This document shows positions 17,915-28,849 of a stretch of DNA of 64,000 nt, piece by piece. The notes below the pieces were generated by a model. The model saw only the letters and a list, made by a program, of their open reading frames with translations, was not told where the DNA came from and searched no databases. The DNA is taken from contig JAUSKK010000038.1 of the NCBI GenBank assembly GCA_030649345.1, positions 15,192 to 79,191 of the forward strand, in the 5' to 3' direction. Made by a program: the position numbers and the translations under genes. The stretch's first letter is position 1. Every line of letters starts with the position of its first letter. The stretch is from Candidatus Iainarchaeum sp. (GTDB taxonomy: Archaea > Iainarchaeota > Iainarchaeia > Iainarchaeales > 0-14-0-20-34-12).

Positions 17915-18017
17915 ATATTCACTGTTTAATTAATTGTTAATAAAAAACAAATTTAAATATGTGTTTTTTCAAAGCTATTTAATTTAGTTTTTGAAACTGC
18001 CAATCATGTTGTAGAAA

Positions 18018-18950
18018 TTAAATTCGAAATGCAGAACGAACCAACTCAGGCAGGATATTGCGCATTCTATTCATTAATTCTTCAGTTTCAGGTACTGTCT
18101 TTCCAATGATTCCAGCTGTTTGTATTGCGGTTCTTTTTTTAAGCACACATCGCAGTATTAGAGTGCCAGTAGATCCTAACTTTTTTGGAATTAATGCGTT
18201 TACTTGTTTAAAGGTTTTTTCTGTTAATGGTACAGGCCGTCGTTTTTTAGCCCAATATTTTTTGGCACGCGAAAGCAATCGTGCATATTCGCCGGTCTTT
18301 AATACTTCCGAGTAATCAAAACCCAGTGAAGTTAATGCTGTTTTATAATTAGGGTATCTTAATTTCAATCGAGCCCATAATTGCGGGTGAAATTTTTGTA
18401 TGCGCTGGCCATAAATTGTTCCTTCTTGTTCGCGGATATGCTGAAGTAAAGTTCGATCTCGTTCATCCCTGTTTTTTTTGGCTTGTGTGCGGATTTCAGA
18501 ATACGCGCGTTCCAATTCTAAATTACGTGCCAGTCGTTTTAAGGGTGCGCGTGCATCCACTCTGTTTTTTTTATATTTTTCGGGAAAAATTGCATGTGCA
18601 ATAATGCTCCAGCCATCTTCTTTGGTTATATTTTCTTGTATTAATTTTTCCAATGACTCTGCAGAGACGGCTAACTTGTGTGTTCGAATAAATCGGTTAA
18701 GAAAATATTGCCGTTTTTGATCTGCAGTTAAATGAGTTCGGAATATTTTACGCAGTGTTTCCGGCCGCAGTCCTTTAGAAATTCGAGTGCTGATTTCATG
18801 TTCTGTTAATCCTTGAGCACGCAATTCACAAGCTTCTGCAGCTGCTTGTTGAATGCGCTTCAGTCGTGCCTGCAGATTGGCTTGAAATCCAGCAGGAATT
18901 GTTCCTTTTTTACTGACAATCCAGGTTGCACGGTTTCCGAATTTTCGCAT
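18018..18950 (-). CDS. Hypothetical basic protein with HTH-like segments
   Basis: 310 aa. CELRAQGLTEHEISTRISKGL segment and the motif NYKTALTSLGFDYSEV shared with other basic ORFs. Confidence 0.45.
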   Translation of the reverse strand: MRKFGNRATWIVSKKGTIPAGFQANLQARLKRIQQAAAEACELRAQGLTEHEISTRISKGLRPETLRKIFRTHLTADQKRQYFLNRFIRTHKLAVSAESLEKLIQENITKEDGWSIIAHAIFPEKYKKNRVDARAPLKRLARNLELERAYSEIRTQAKKNRDERDRTLLQHIREQEGTIYGQRIQKFHPQLWARLKLRYPNYKTALTSLGFDYSEVLKTGEYARLLSRAKKYWAKKRRPVPLTEKTFKQVNALIPKKLGSTGTLILRCVLKKRTAIQTAGIIGKTVPETEELMNRMRNILPELVRSAFRI

Positions 18951-19006
18951 AGGTATGCTAATTTTACGAACGAATGTATATAAATTATTTGGAGTTCAAT
19001 TTTTGC

Positions 19007-20269
19007 ATGTCTTCTAAATTATATGAAACTCATTTGAATGCCATTCAATCTTTTGATCCTGTATTGTCTGATTTGTTGGTGAAAGAAAAACAACGTCAAA
19101 TGAATGGCTTGGAATTAATTCCTTCCGAAAATTTAGTTTCACAGGCAGTATTGGAAGCCATGGGTTCTGTTGCAACCAACAAATATGCAGAAGGTTATCC
19201 TGGTAAACGTTATTATGGTGGCAATGAATTTATTGATCAAATTGAACAATTAGCTATTGATCGAGCCAAGCAATTGTTTGGTGCAGAGCATGTAAATGTA
19301 CAGCCCAATTCAGGTAGTCCAGCCAATATGGCGGTATATTTTGCTTTAATGCAGCCTGGCGATACTTTTATGGGAATGCGTTTAGACATGGGCGGCCATT
19401 TAACGCATGGACATCCAGTTAATTTTTCTGGAAAATTATACAAATGCATTCAATATCCTGTAGATCCAAAAACAGAATTATTGGATTATGACTTAATTCG
19501 AAAAATGGCTTTAGAACATAAACCTAAAATTTTACTTTCTGGTTTTACTGCTTATCCCCGTGTCATTGATTTTAAAATTTTTCGTGAAATTGCAGACGAA
19601 GTTGGTGCAATTTGTATGGCGGATATTGCACATATTGCTGGCTTGTGTGCTGTAAATGTTCATGAAAATCCTGTGCCTTATTTTGATGTAGTTACCACCA
19701 CAACGCATAAAACATTAAGAGGCCCGAGAAGTGCCATTATTATGTGCAAAGAAAAATTTGGGGCAGCAATTGACAAGGCAATTTTTCCAGGATTGCAAGG
19801 CGGACCACATGAACACATTATTGCAGGAAAAGCAGTTGCTTTCAAAGAAGCATTGCAGCCTGAATTCAAAAATTATGCTCAGCAAATTGTAAAAAATGCC
19901 AAAACTTTAGCCGATGAATTAACCAGTTTAGGTTTGCGTTTAGTTACTGGCGGAACAGACAATCATTTATTGTTGGTTGATTTAACTTCGAAAGGAATTT
20001 CTGGAAAAGAAGCAGAACATGCTTTGGATTCGATTGGAATTTATGTTAATAAAAATGCAATTCCTTATGATTCCAGAAAACCATTTGATCCTTCCGGTAT
20101 TCGTTTAGGCACTCCAGTTTTAACCACTCGAGGCATGAAAGAATCAGAAATGAAAGAAGTTGCACGCTTGATTGTAAAAGCATTGGATTTGCATAAAGAT
20201 TCTGAAAAATTAAAAACTGTTCAATCTGAAGTTTTAGAATTATGCCAGCAATTTCCATTCTATAAATAA
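19007..20269 (+). CDS. glyA: Serine hydroxymethyltransferase
   Basis: SHMT signature including the PLP-lysine region [15 protein letters not shown]. Start set at ATG 19007. Confidence 0.9.
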   Translation: MSSKLYETHLNAIQSFDPVLSDLLVKEKQRQMNGLELIPSENLVSQAVLEAMGSVATNKYAEGYPGKRYYGGNEFIDQIEQLAIDRAKQLFGAEHVNVQPNSGSPANMAVYFALMQPGDTFMGMRLDMGGHLTHGHPVNFSGKLYKCIQYPVDPKTELLDYDLIRKMALEHKPKILLSGFTAYPRVIDFKIFREIADEVGAICMADIAHIAGLCAVNVHENPVPYFDVVTTTTHKTLRGPRSAIIMCKEKFGAAIDKAIFPGLQGGPHEHIIAGKAVAFKEALQPEFKNYAQQIVKNAKTLADELTSLGLRLVTGGTDNHLLLVDLTSKGISGKEAEHALDSIGIYVNKNAIPYDSRKPFDPSGIRLGTPVLTTRGMKESEMKEVARLIVKALDLHKDSEKLKTVQSEVLELCQQFPFYK

Positions 20270-20279
20270 TTAATTTTTT

Positions 20280-21137
20280 TTATTCTATTACGCTGGCCAC
20301 AATTTTTTTGAATACTTCCCAAGGTCTTTTGTCTGGGCCTAAATAGGTTGCTCGTTTTAATTCAGTTTCTGCTTGCAGGACTGCACTTAATGCATGGGCA
20401 TGCATTTCACGGTATCTATACAATGTTCGTGCATTGTGTTCTGTTTCCGGTAAACTGGCATTAATTAATGCTCGGGTTGTTTTGTAAATTTCTGCATGAA
20501 TAATTCCAGCGCCTTGCATGATTCGCATTCGATCTAGTCTATCTGGGCCTAAATTTACGACTGAAACAAACATGGCTTTGTCGGCAACAGCTTTGGCTTT
20601 CTGCAATAATTTTTCAGTAATTTCATTGGCATGTTGTCGATCTAAAAAATGATTTTGAATGGTTCCTCTGGCTGCGTCATTGAATAAAACTCCTAAATGA
20701 ATTACATGTGAACCTGTAAATGTTTCCCGTGTTTTTTCAGTTTGTTCTCGTAAAATTCGTTTAATCTCTTTCCATTCTCCGGCTTTTGCAAAATGAAAAA
20801 TAGCATCTCTGGGTTGTCCTGTGTGTTCAGCTTTTTTGGCTTCTGTGATGGCAGTTCGAATTTGGTCTTTTTTTTCTTTTTGCTTTCTTTGTTCGGTTTC
20901 ATTTAATTTTTCTTTTCCTAGCAATCCAACTTCACTGGTTTCTACGCGTGTGAACTGTTTTCGTAGTTCTGGAGGTGTTCGTTCCCAGGATCCAATGGCT
21001 CCTAAAATTGTTTCTCGAATTTCTCTGCGTTCTCCTGGCTTAGGTGTAGGAGTTCGAAATAATCCAGTGGTTTTTCGAACTCGTTCAAATGTTTTTGCCA
21101 ACAAACGAGTTTTTGCAGGTCTGGGTGTTTTGGGCAT
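20280..21137 (-). CDS. Hypothetical basic protein
   Basis: 285-aa ORF with an Arg/Lys/Pro-rich N-terminus. Confidence 0.45.
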   Translation of the reverse strand: MPKTPRPAKTRLLAKTFERVRKTTGLFRTPTPKPGERREIRETILGAIGSWERTPPELRKQFTRVETSEVGLLGKEKLNETEQRKQKEKKDQIRTAITEAKKAEHTGQPRDAIFHFAKAGEWKEIKRILREQTEKTRETFTGSHVIHLGVLFNDAARGTIQNHFLDRQHANEITEKLLQKAKAVADKAMFVSVVNLGPDRLDRMRIMQGAGIIHAEIYKTTRALINASLPETEHNARTLYRYREMHAHALSAVLQAETELKRATYLGPDKRPWEVFKKIVASVIE

Positions 21138-21140
21138 TTT

Positions 21141-21833
21141 TTATTCTCCGTGAAATCTTTGCAATGCTTCATCTACAGCATCGGCTAAATTGTCTGCGCG
21201 CAAAATTATTGAAATTGCTCTTCCTTCTTCCATTCCTGCAATTTTAATTAGTTCTCGATTTATGGTTAAGGCTGTTTGTTCATAGGATTTTATTTCCGGA
21301 AATGCTCTGGCTAAAGTTGCATACATAATAGCAGTTCCATAAATTTCATTGGTTGTTGCTTGCCGTGCTCTGACTTTTCTGTACAAAGTTCCTGCAATGG
21401 TTCCAGCTGTGTCTTGGAGTCTTCGAATTTTTTCTAGTTTAGTTGCAGCAGCTGCTTCGTTTTCTGGAAACCATTCTTTTAATCCGATTGCAGCTACTGC
21501 AGTAAAGCAGCCACGCATAATATTCAAGCCTTCTGGTTTAGCGTGCGGAAAAATAGTTTGAAGATGATGGTCTTTGAGTCTTTCTTCAATTAAATCTGGT
21601 TCTCCTAAACTGCCCATTAATCGCATGGCTTTTCCTACTTTTCTTTGTCGAATGTGAATTTCAGCACTGTCAATAATATTGCCTAAAGTTCTTGTTCCAA
21701 TTCCTATTCCAGCTGCCCGCATAGTAGTTGTTCCAGTTCCTGGCTTGTAAGCAGGTTCAATTGGTTTTCCAGCTGGTTTTCTTTTGGGTAAAAATCTTTC
21801 CAGAAATCCTGGTCTTCTAGGCGGTTTAAGCAT
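21141..21833 (-). CDS. Hypothetical protein
   Basis: 230-aa ORF. Basic Pro-rich N-terminus similar to the 16506 and 35044 ORFs. 3-nt gap to the downstream gene. Confidence 0.45.
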   Translation of the reverse strand: MLKPPRRPGFLERFLPKRKPAGKPIEPAYKPGTGTTTMRAAGIGIGTRTLGNIIDSAEIHIRQRKVGKAMRLMGSLGEPDLIEERLKDHHLQTIFPHAKPEGLNIMRGCFTAVAAIGLKEWFPENEAAAATKLEKIRRLQDTAGTIAGTLYRKVRARQATTNEIYGTAIMYATLARAFPEIKSYEQTALTINRELIKIAGMEEGRAISIILRADNLADAVDEALQRFHGE

Positions 21834-21911
21834 AGTTTCACGTGTTTTTTTGTACTATATATAGTTTACTGCATTCCTTGTTTAAAATTAACTCTTTACA
21901 GGTAATTATAT

Positions 21912-22646
21912 ATGACTCATTTTTCTGCTTTTATTTTAACTGTATTGAACATACTTAGTTCTCTTTTTTTAGTAGTTGGATTTTTGTATCTTCGCCAAGT
22001 TTTTGCTAAAGCATATCAAGTAACCAAGCAAAAATCGCATGCCAACTGGCTGTATTTGTTTATGGTTTTGTTTTTGATTCGTCCTTTGGCTGATTTATAC
22101 TTTCTAATCACTGTAGATACTACTGTAACTGGCTCTATAGATATTTTCACTCGTTTTACAACCATTGCAGCTGCAGGTATTTTGGCTTTGATTTGTTTAG
22201 AGTTTAAAGATTTAATTCAATTAAAATTAGCTAACTTGCAGTCCATTAAATTAACTGTTTTCTTTTTTGTTTTGATTTATTTGTCGGTTGGTTTTTTGTT
22301 TTTGCCAGTAGACATTTTTTTCACTGAATTGTTATTTTTGGTTTTGTATGGTTTGTTCTTTTTTTCAGCTTGGGTTGTGGCATCGTATGCTTCTTTGTTT
22401 GCCAGTGTCTTTCCTTTAAGCCAGACTTTGTATGGAATTGCAGTGATTTTATTGCTGGCTCCCATTATTCGAATGATTTTATTTTTAACCCATCCTTTGG
22501 ATTCGTTTGCTACTTTTTCTTTTTTAGAATTCACCCGCTTGATTAGTTTGTTATTGACTTTAGCGATCTCTTTTTTATTGGTTGTATCCATGTATGTATT
22601 TAAGAAAGTCGTAATCGAACGAAGGCTTTCAAGTTCTTCTCAGTGA
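21912..22646 (+). CDS. Polytopic membrane protein, unknown function
   Basis: 244 aa with about 7 hydrophobic helices. Confidence 0.5.
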   Translation: MTHFSAFILTVLNILSSLFLVVGFLYLRQVFAKAYQVTKQKSHANWLYLFMVLFLIRPLADLYFLITVDTTVTGSIDIFTRFTTIAAAGILALICLEFKDLIQLKLANLQSIKLTVFFFVLIYLSVGFLFLPVDIFFTELLFLVLYGLFFFSAWVVASYASLFASVFPLSQTLYGIAVILLLAPIIRMILFLTHPLDSFATFSFLEFTRLISLLLTLAISFLLVVSMYVFKKVVIERRLSSSSQ

Positions 22647-22651
22647 ATTGA

Positions 22652-23500
22652 ATGACTGCACATATTTTGGATGGAAAAAAACTTGCTTTAGAAATTGAAC
22701 AACAAATTGCTTGTGAAGTTAATGAATCGAATTTTTCAATTAAACCTAAACTAGCCGTTATTTTGGTTGGAGAAAATTCAGCCAGCCAATTGTATGTTGA
22801 AAAAAAACAATTGGCTTGTGTTCGTGTTGGTTTTGAAACCCAAAAGTTTGAATTGCCTTCAAGTATTTCAGAGCAAGAAGTTCTTGTTTTAATTCAAAAA
22901 TTAAACCAAGATTCAAGTATTCATGGAATTTTGGTTCAATTGCCTTTGCCGGCTCAATTAAGCACAGAGCATGTCATGAATGCAATTTTGCCGATTAAAG
23001 ATGTGGATGGTTTTAGTTCACACAATATTGGTCTGTTGGCGCATGGAAACGAATTTTTATTATCCGCAACAGCTCGTTCTGTTTTGCGTTTATTGGAAAC
23101 CATTCCTTTGGATTTTAAAGGAAAACATTTTGTTATCGTAGGCCATACTTTGGTTGTTGCACGTCCTTTGGGTTTTGCTTTGGTGGCTAGAGATGCTACT
23201 GTAACGATTACCAATAAGTTTACTCAAAATCTTTCAGACTTAACTCAAAAAGCAGATGTAATTGTTTCGGCTGTAGGAAAACCAAGTTTGATTACAAACG
23301 AAATGGTTAAAGAAAATGTAATTGCTGTAGATGTAGGCATTTCGAGAGTGAATAATAAAGTAGTGGGCGATTTAGATTTTGAAAATTTGAAAGAAAAAGC
23401 TTCGTATATTACTCCAGTTCCAGGCGGTGTTGGGCCAGTGACTGTTTCGTGTTTATTGGAAAATACCTGGAATTCATTTAAAGTTCAAATGCAATTATAA
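22652..23500 (+). CDS. folD: Methylene-THF dehydrogenase / methenyl-THF cyclohydrolase
   Basis: 282 aa. FolD motifs: IHGILVQLPLP, DVDGF, VVGHTLVVARPL and VPGGVGPVT. Confidence 0.85.
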   Translation: MTAHILDGKKLALEIEQQIACEVNESNFSIKPKLAVILVGENSASQLYVEKKQLACVRVGFETQKFELPSSISEQEVLVLIQKLNQDSSIHGILVQLPLPAQLSTEHVMNAILPIKDVDGFSSHNIGLLAHGNEFLLSATARSVLRLLETIPLDFKGKHFVIVGHTLVVARPLGFALVARDATVTITNKFTQNLSDLTQKADVIVSAVGKPSLITNEMVKENVIAVDVGISRVNNKVVGDLDFENLKEKASYITPVPGGVGPVTVSCLLENTWNSFKVQMQL

Positions 23501-23510
23501 AAATAATTTT

Positions 23511-24248
23511 TTATTTAACTCTTGTATGTCTTCTGCTAATGGGGATCACAGGCGCATAGGCTCTAGGTTTGAGTTCTTGCCGGTTTGCTCGTCCTATTAA
23601 TTCTTGGGAGGATACACCCAGCAATGTTGCAATTTCAATGGCTTCAATTCCTTTGTTTGCTTGATTTAATTCAATTGCGATTTCTTTGGCTCGTGCAAAA
23701 TATTTGCTTTCGGATCTCCCTTTTCCCAATTCAGCATAGGTTACGGCCAGTTCTTTTTTCAAAATTGTTTTGTATTCAGTTTCAGGCATTGCATCAATGG
23801 CTTTTCTTAAACGTTTAGTCATTAATCCGAATTCGTTTATTAATTCCCGGTAAGCTGTGTGTTGTTCAAGAGAATGAACTTCAGCAATTCGTTCCAATCC
23901 TTTAATGGCTTTCATTTGAATTCGAGCAAAACTCAATATTGTTTTAGCTGAAGCAGTTTTGTCTATTTTTTGAATTTCTTGTTTTTTTAAAAAATTTTCA
24001 AAAACGCGTTTTATTTTGTCTAAGGACCCTGCTTCACCGAAATGTTCTGCGGCTTTTTCAAAATTTTTGCCAGCCAATTGCCGTTCTCCTAATTGAATCA
24101 ATTCAAGTGAACGTTGTTTGTGTTTGCGTACTTTTTTTGCCTTGGCCAAACGTTCTTTTGCATTAGTCCATTTAGTTTGAACTTGTTTCCATTTTTCTTT
24201 AGTCCAAACTTTTACGATTCGTGAAGTAGGAATTCGATAGGATTTCAT
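23511..24248 (-). CDS. Hypothetical basic protein
   Basis: 245-aa helical, Lys/Arg-rich ORF. Confidence 0.45.
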   Translation of the reverse strand: MKSYRIPTSRIVKVWTKEKWKQVQTKWTNAKERLAKAKKVRKHKQRSLELIQLGERQLAGKNFEKAAEHFGEAGSLDKIKRVFENFLKKQEIQKIDKTASAKTILSFARIQMKAIKGLERIAEVHSLEQHTAYRELINEFGLMTKRLRKAIDAMPETEYKTILKKELAVTYAELGKGRSESKYFARAKEIAIELNQANKGIEAIEIATLLGVSSQELIGRANRQELKPRAYAPVIPISRRHTRVK

Positions 24249-24299
24249 ATAGTAAACCTTGTTTTTGTATTTAAAAATACTTTCTTTTTTAGTTAGTTT

Positions 24300-24932
24300 A
24301 TGAAATTGCCTGTTTTACGTTTAGCTGTTTTGGGAAGCACAAAAGGCACAGATTTAGACGCAGTTATTCAAGCAATTAAATCTAACCAATTAAATGCAAG
24401 TATTGAATTTGTTTTATCCGATAAATCGGATGCGTTTATTTTAACTCGAGCTAAAAATCATGGATTGAAAACTATTTTTTTGGATTTTAAAAATAAAACC
24501 AGAGAACAATTTTGTCAAGAATTAATGGACTTATTGGATTCAAGCAAAATTGATTTGATTGTATTGATTGGGTTTATGCGAATTTTAACTTCAGATTATG
24601 TTGAAAAATTTGGTTTGAAAACTATGAATATTCATCCTTCGCTGCTGCCTGCATTTGCCGGTGGAATGGACAAAAATGTGCATCAAGCAGTCTTGGATTC
24701 AGGAATAAAAGAAACTGGCTGTACTTTGCATTTTGTTTCCGAGCAAGCAGATCAAGGTCCGATTATTTTGCAAAAAAAAGTTTCAGTGAGTGCAGGAGAA
24801 ACTGTTGATAGTTTAAAAGAAAAAGTTCAGCAAGCAGAACAAGTAATTATTGTGCAAGGAATTCGATTGTTTTCTGAAAGAAAGATAAAGCTTGTGAATA
24901 CTAAAGTAGTTATCGAGGAATACTTGTGTTGA
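24300..24932 (+). CDS. purN: Phosphoribosylglycinamide formyltransferase
   Basis: 210 aa. Formyltransferase fold with LIVLIGFMRIL and the NIHPSLLP catalytic region. Confidence 0.8.
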   Translation: MKLPVLRLAVLGSTKGTDLDAVIQAIKSNQLNASIEFVLSDKSDAFILTRAKNHGLKTIFLDFKNKTREQFCQELMDLLDSSKIDLIVLIGFMRILTSDYVEKFGLKTMNIHPSLLPAFAGGMDKNVHQAVLDSGIKETGCTLHFVSEQADQGPIILQKKVSVSAGETVDSLKEKVQQAEQVIIVQGIRLFSERKIKLVNTKVVIEEYLC

Positions 24933-25483
24933 AACGAAAATTGTTTAAAGTTAGACCAATCGCAGTTCAGTCTGCGCGGCATAATACTCGCAGGCTTGGT
25001 TTAAATCCAAAATTGCGAGGCAACAGCCGGGGTACTTTAAGTTTTGATGAAGCTATTTTACGAGATATTTCATTGCGCCGCTTGGCTACTGCTGGTCAGC
25101 ATTCTCTTTCTGGTTTAGTGAATCAATTTGGTTTAACTGCCGGCGGAGTATTATCTCGAATAGAATTAAGCCAGCGAACTGAACTATTGCGTGCTACTGC
25201 TAGACTTGAAAAAATAAGTGTTCCTAAATTAGCCAAATTATTTCGATTATCGCCTAAACATGTACGAGAACTTCTGAATCCAAGTACTGCTAAAAAAAAT
25301 AGTAAAAAGAAATCTGCTAACCTTAATGGGCGTCATAATTTTAAAGGCCGGATTGTCCGAGCATTTTTGAATGATTTGCATTCAGGAAATTTTTCAGATG
25401 CTGAGTTGATGACAAAATACGAAAATGCAGGCTTGACTTCCAATAAATTTGAAGAACTAACTGGGAGGCGTGTTAATTTATGA
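24926..25483 (+). CDS. Hypothetical basic protein; paralog of 33519–33965
   Basis: The C-terminus FSDAELMTKYENAGLTSNKFEELTGRRVNL closely matches FTDTQLMKTYGISFAKFQELTGRLPRN of ORF 33519–33965. Confidence 0.45.
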   Translation: MLKRKLFKVRPIAVQSARHNTRRLGLNPKLRGNSRGTLSFDEAILRDISLRRLATAGQHSLSGLVNQFGLTAGGVLSRIELSQRTELLRATARLEKISVPKLAKLFRLSPKHVRELLNPSTAKKNSKKKSANLNGRHNFKGRIVRAFLNDLHSGNFSDAELMTKYENAGLTSNKFEELTGRRVNL

Positions 25484-26970
25484 CTCAAAAATTAGCCTTA
25501 ATTTCAGTTACTGATAAAACCGGTTTGCCTGAATTATGCCAAGCTTTGCAAAAACAAAATTTTTCTTTTATCGGAACTACAGGCACTCAAAAATTTTTAG
25601 AAGAGAATAAACTTGTATGTAACGCTTTAGATTCATTAACTGGTTTTCCTGAATTATTGGATGGCCGGGTTAAAACTTTGAATGAAAAAATTCATGCAGG
25701 AATTTTAGCCAATCGTTCAAATCCAAAACATTTAGAGCAGTTAAAAAAAATGAATATTTTGCCCATTGATTGTGTGATTGTAAATTTATACGACTTCAAA
25801 AACAATCCAGATATTGAGCATATTGATATTGGCGGAATTACTTTAATGCGGGCTGCGGCTAAAAATTTTGAACACGTGCTTGTATTGGTAGACCCTCAAG
25901 ATTATTCTAAAGTTATTCAAGAATTAACTGAAAAAAAAGAAGTTTCATTTGAAATTCGAAAAAATCTTGCTTGGAAAGCATTTGCTTTAGCAACAGAATA
26001 CGATTCTTTGATTGCAGGCCATTTTTCAAATCAATTATTTCCTGAAAAACTTTCAATTACTTTGTCTAAAAAAATGGATTTACGTTACGGAGAAAATGCA
26101 CATCAAAAAGCTGCCTTTTATTCTTGGAATGAACAAGTGTTTCCAGCAATTGAAGTCTTGGGCGGAAAACCATTATCTTTCAATAATATTTCGGATATGA
26201 GTGCTGCTATTTTGTTAGCGTGTGAATTTTCTGAGCCAACAGCTGTTATTGTCAAGCATGAAAATCCATGCGGTGTGTCTTCTCATATAAATTTAGCTCA
26301 GGCCTTTCAGCAAGCATTGGATTGTGATTCTTTAAGTGCTTTTGGCGGAGTAATTGCATTAAATCAAAAATGTGATTTTGAAACAGCTCAAAAAATTGCT
26401 GGTTTTTTTAATGAAGTAGTGATTGCTCCAGAATTTGAAGAAAAAGCAATTCAAGAATTGAAAAAAAATCCAAACAGACGAATTGTTTGCTTGAAATCTA
26501 AACCAGTTTATCCTGTAAGAAGTTTTAAACCAGTGTTTAATGGCTTGTTGGTTCAAGAACCAGATTCAGTACAAGAACTTGAACAAGATTTTTCAGTAGC
26601 CAGTGAAATTCAACCCAGTAAAGCGCAACTGATTGATTTAATGTTTGCTTGGAAGATTGCCAAACATTGCAAAAGCAATGCGATTGTGATTGCTAAAAAC
26701 AAAACTGCTTTTGGAATTGGCTGCGGCCAGCAATCACGGGTTCATTCAACTCAAATTGCTATTCAAAAAGCAGGCAATCATGTTCAAGATTCTGTTTTGG
26801 CTGGAGATGCATTTTTTCCTTTTCCGGATTCAGTTGAACTTGCAATAACTGCTGGCGTACAAGCAATCATTGCTCCGAAAGGCAGTGTGAATGATTCCAA
26901 AGTTATAAATACTTGCAATGAACATAAGATTTCTTTAGTGTTTGCTCAGAATAGGCATTTTAAACACTAA
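25480..26970 (+). CDS. purH: Bifunctional AICAR transformylase / IMP cyclohydrolase
   Basis: 496 aa. N-terminal MGS-like domain (ALISVTDKTGL) and a C-terminal AICARFT domain. Overlaps the upstream ORF by 4 nt. Confidence 0.85.
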   Translation: MTQKLALISVTDKTGLPELCQALQKQNFSFIGTTGTQKFLEENKLVCNALDSLTGFPELLDGRVKTLNEKIHAGILANRSNPKHLEQLKKMNILPIDCVIVNLYDFKNNPDIEHIDIGGITLMRAAAKNFEHVLVLVDPQDYSKVIQELTEKKEVSFEIRKNLAWKAFALATEYDSLIAGHFSNQLFPEKLSITLSKKMDLRYGENAHQKAAFYSWNEQVFPAIEVLGGKPLSFNNISDMSAAILLACEFSEPTAVIVKHENPCGVSSHINLAQAFQQALDCDSLSAFGGVIALNQKCDFETAQKIAGFFNEVVIAPEFEEKAIQELKKNPNRRIVCLKSKPVYPVRSFKPVFNGLLVQEPDSVQELEQDFSVASEIQPSKAQLIDLMFAWKIAKHCKSNAIVIAKNKTAFGIGCGQQSRVHSTQIAIQKAGNHVQDSVLAGDAFFPFPDSVELAITAGVQAIIAPKGSVNDSKVINTCNEHKISLVFAQNRHFKH

Positions 26971-26982
26971 GAGTTTATATGT

Positions 26983-27852
26983 ATGCAGCGAAGACAGGTT
27001 CCTTTTAGAACACGAAGATTTATTGTGCGTGCGCTTCGAGCAGCTAAAAATACGCCCATGTGGAAAATTGCAGATCACGCTCAAGTCTCTGAATCTTTGG
27101 TTGGAAAAATTCGGGCACAAACTCATGCAAGGCCTACACGAGTTCGATTATTGCGAAATCGGAGAACTGTTTTAGAACAAAAAATTAGAGCTGTTATTGC
27201 AAAAAATGGTCCTCAGACAGCTCATGGTTTAGTTAAACAATTTCGTTCAGCCAATCCTGCAATTTCGTATAAGGTTGTGAACGATATTTTGTTAAAATTG
27301 GAACAAGAACAAGTGCAAGTTCCTCCAAGGCAAAGAAAACGTGAATTGAGTAAACGGAATAAAAATCCCAATACTTGGGCTAGACGAAAAGCATTAATTA
27401 TTGGTTTGCGTCAAGGAAAAACTTTTCAAGAACTAGCGCGTGACTTGAGGGTGAACATAAAATATTTGTACCGTGATTTGTATGATATGCATGCACATGG
27501 ATTATCCATTCCTTCAACTGTTCCTTTGACTGCAAGAAGACAACGTATGATTGAAATTGATGCTTTGCTGGATTTGAATCCCAATATTTCTGCAAAATCT
27601 CTTGCTGACTTATATGGTGTCAAAAAAAGAACTGCTCAATCGTATTTGAATGAAGCTTTACGTTTTCAAAAAGAGCTCAAAAAATTACGAAAACCTGCTA
27701 AAAGTAATTATACTCGGGCTGAAATCGAACAACAAAACATTGATCTCTTGAATTTATTTAAGGAAAAGTTTACTATTGAAGAAGCTGCTTTTTTGGTTGG
27801 CATTCCGGTTTCAACTGCGCGTTCTCGCTCTCGAGTGATTCGAAAAAAATAA
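26983..27852 (+). CDS. Hypothetical basic multi-HTH protein
   Basis: 289 aa. LuxR/sigma70-r4-like segments (IIGLRQGKTFQELARDLRVNIKYLYRDL; FTIEEAAFLVGIPVSTARSRSRVI). Confidence 0.45.
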   Translation: MQRRQVPFRTRRFIVRALRAAKNTPMWKIADHAQVSESLVGKIRAQTHARPTRVRLLRNRRTVLEQKIRAVIAKNGPQTAHGLVKQFRSANPAISYKVVNDILLKLEQEQVQVPPRQRKRELSKRNKNPNTWARRKALIIGLRQGKTFQELARDLRVNIKYLYRDLYDMHAHGLSIPSTVPLTARRQRMIEIDALLDLNPNISAKSLADLYGVKKRTAQSYLNEALRFQKELKKLRKPAKSNYTRAEIEQQNIDLLNLFKEKFTIEEAAFLVGIPVSTARSRSRVIRKK

Positions 27853-27865
27853 TTAACAGCTTAAT

Positions 27866-28429
27866 TTATTCAATCATTCTTTTTTCAGTGATAATTTTTT
27901 GAACTTTTTGGTCGTGTTTTTCTTTCGGAAGTTTTTGCACAATTTGAAAATCAAAACACAAGCCAATGGTTTTCGTTTTTTTGTTCAATTTTTTTAGAGT
28001 GCGGTCATAGAAGCCTTTTCCAAAGCCTAATCTTTGTTTGAATACATCAAATCCAAGCCCTGGAATAATTAATAGATCTATTTTGTTCAAACGAACTTTC
28101 CGTATAAATTCTTTTTTGGGTTCCATTAATTGAAATTGTTTTTCTTCCAGTTCTTTAAAATTTTTAATTGTACTGAACTGAAGTGTTTTTGTTTTAAAGT
28201 TAGTAATAGGAATGCATACTGTTTTTCCAAGCTTTAGTGTTTTTTCAATCCCTTTTTTGGTTTCAACTTCGTTGGTTCGTCCCACAAAAAATGCAATGAT
28301 TTTGGCTTGTTGAAATTCATGTGTTTTGAAAAGTTTTTCCATAATTTTTGTGCTTTTTTTGAGTTTTTGTTTTTCGTGCTCAATTTTTTGTTTCATTTTT
28401 TTCCGAATTGTTGGTTTGGATTCTTTCAC
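27866..28429 (-). CDS. 5-formyltetrahydrofolate cyclo-ligase (MTHFS family)
   Basis: 187 aa. Typical ending IPGLGFDVFKQRLGFGKGFYDRTL, matching the family's GxGxGYYD motif. Confidence 0.7.
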   Translation of the reverse strand: MKESKPTIRKKMKQKIEHEKQKLKKSTKIMEKLFKTHEFQQAKIIAFFVGRTNEVETKKGIEKTLKLGKTVCIPITNFKTKTLQFSTIKNFKELEEKQFQLMEPKKEFIRKVRLNKIDLLIIPGLGFDVFKQRLGFGKGFYDRTLKKLNKKTKTIGLCFDFQIVQKLPKEKHDQKVQKIITEKRMIE

Positions 28430-28482
28430 AATATTCTTTTGGGTTAGAAAACCTTAAATACTTCTTTGAATTCATTTGATTT

Positions 28483-28827
28483 ATGCATCCTGTGAAACCC
28501 AAGCCTGCTCGCAGAGTTAGATTGCCTCGAAAAGTTTTAAGGCCTAAACCAGTTGCATTAACTCCTGAATTGCGTTCAAGTGTTTTGGCTGGACTTGAAC
28601 AAGCAGTTGATTTGCATGGATTGCTTCAAAGAACTCGTTTGCCTTCGAATGTTGTTCGCGTTGTGATTGCTGAACAGATTTCTAGTTTAACTGCTGAAAA
28701 ACAAAAATTAAATGACGCTTTGGGTAAAGTTTCTTTAGGTTCTGTTGAATTGCATGGAATTATTCGAAAAATGGGTGACTTGAATTCTAGATTAATGCAT
28801 TTAGAGCGATTGCTGGATTCACAGTAA
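28483..28827 (+). CDS. Hypothetical protein
   Basis: 114-aa ORF with no recognisable motif. Confidence 0.35.
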   Translation: MHPVKPKPARRVRLPRKVLRPKPVALTPELRSSVLAGLEQAVDLHGLLQRTRLPSNVVRVVIAEQISSLTAEKQKLNDALGKVSLGSVELHGIIRKMGDLNSRLMHLERLLDSQ

Positions 28828-28849
28828 TCCAAGCGAAAGAATTTAATAA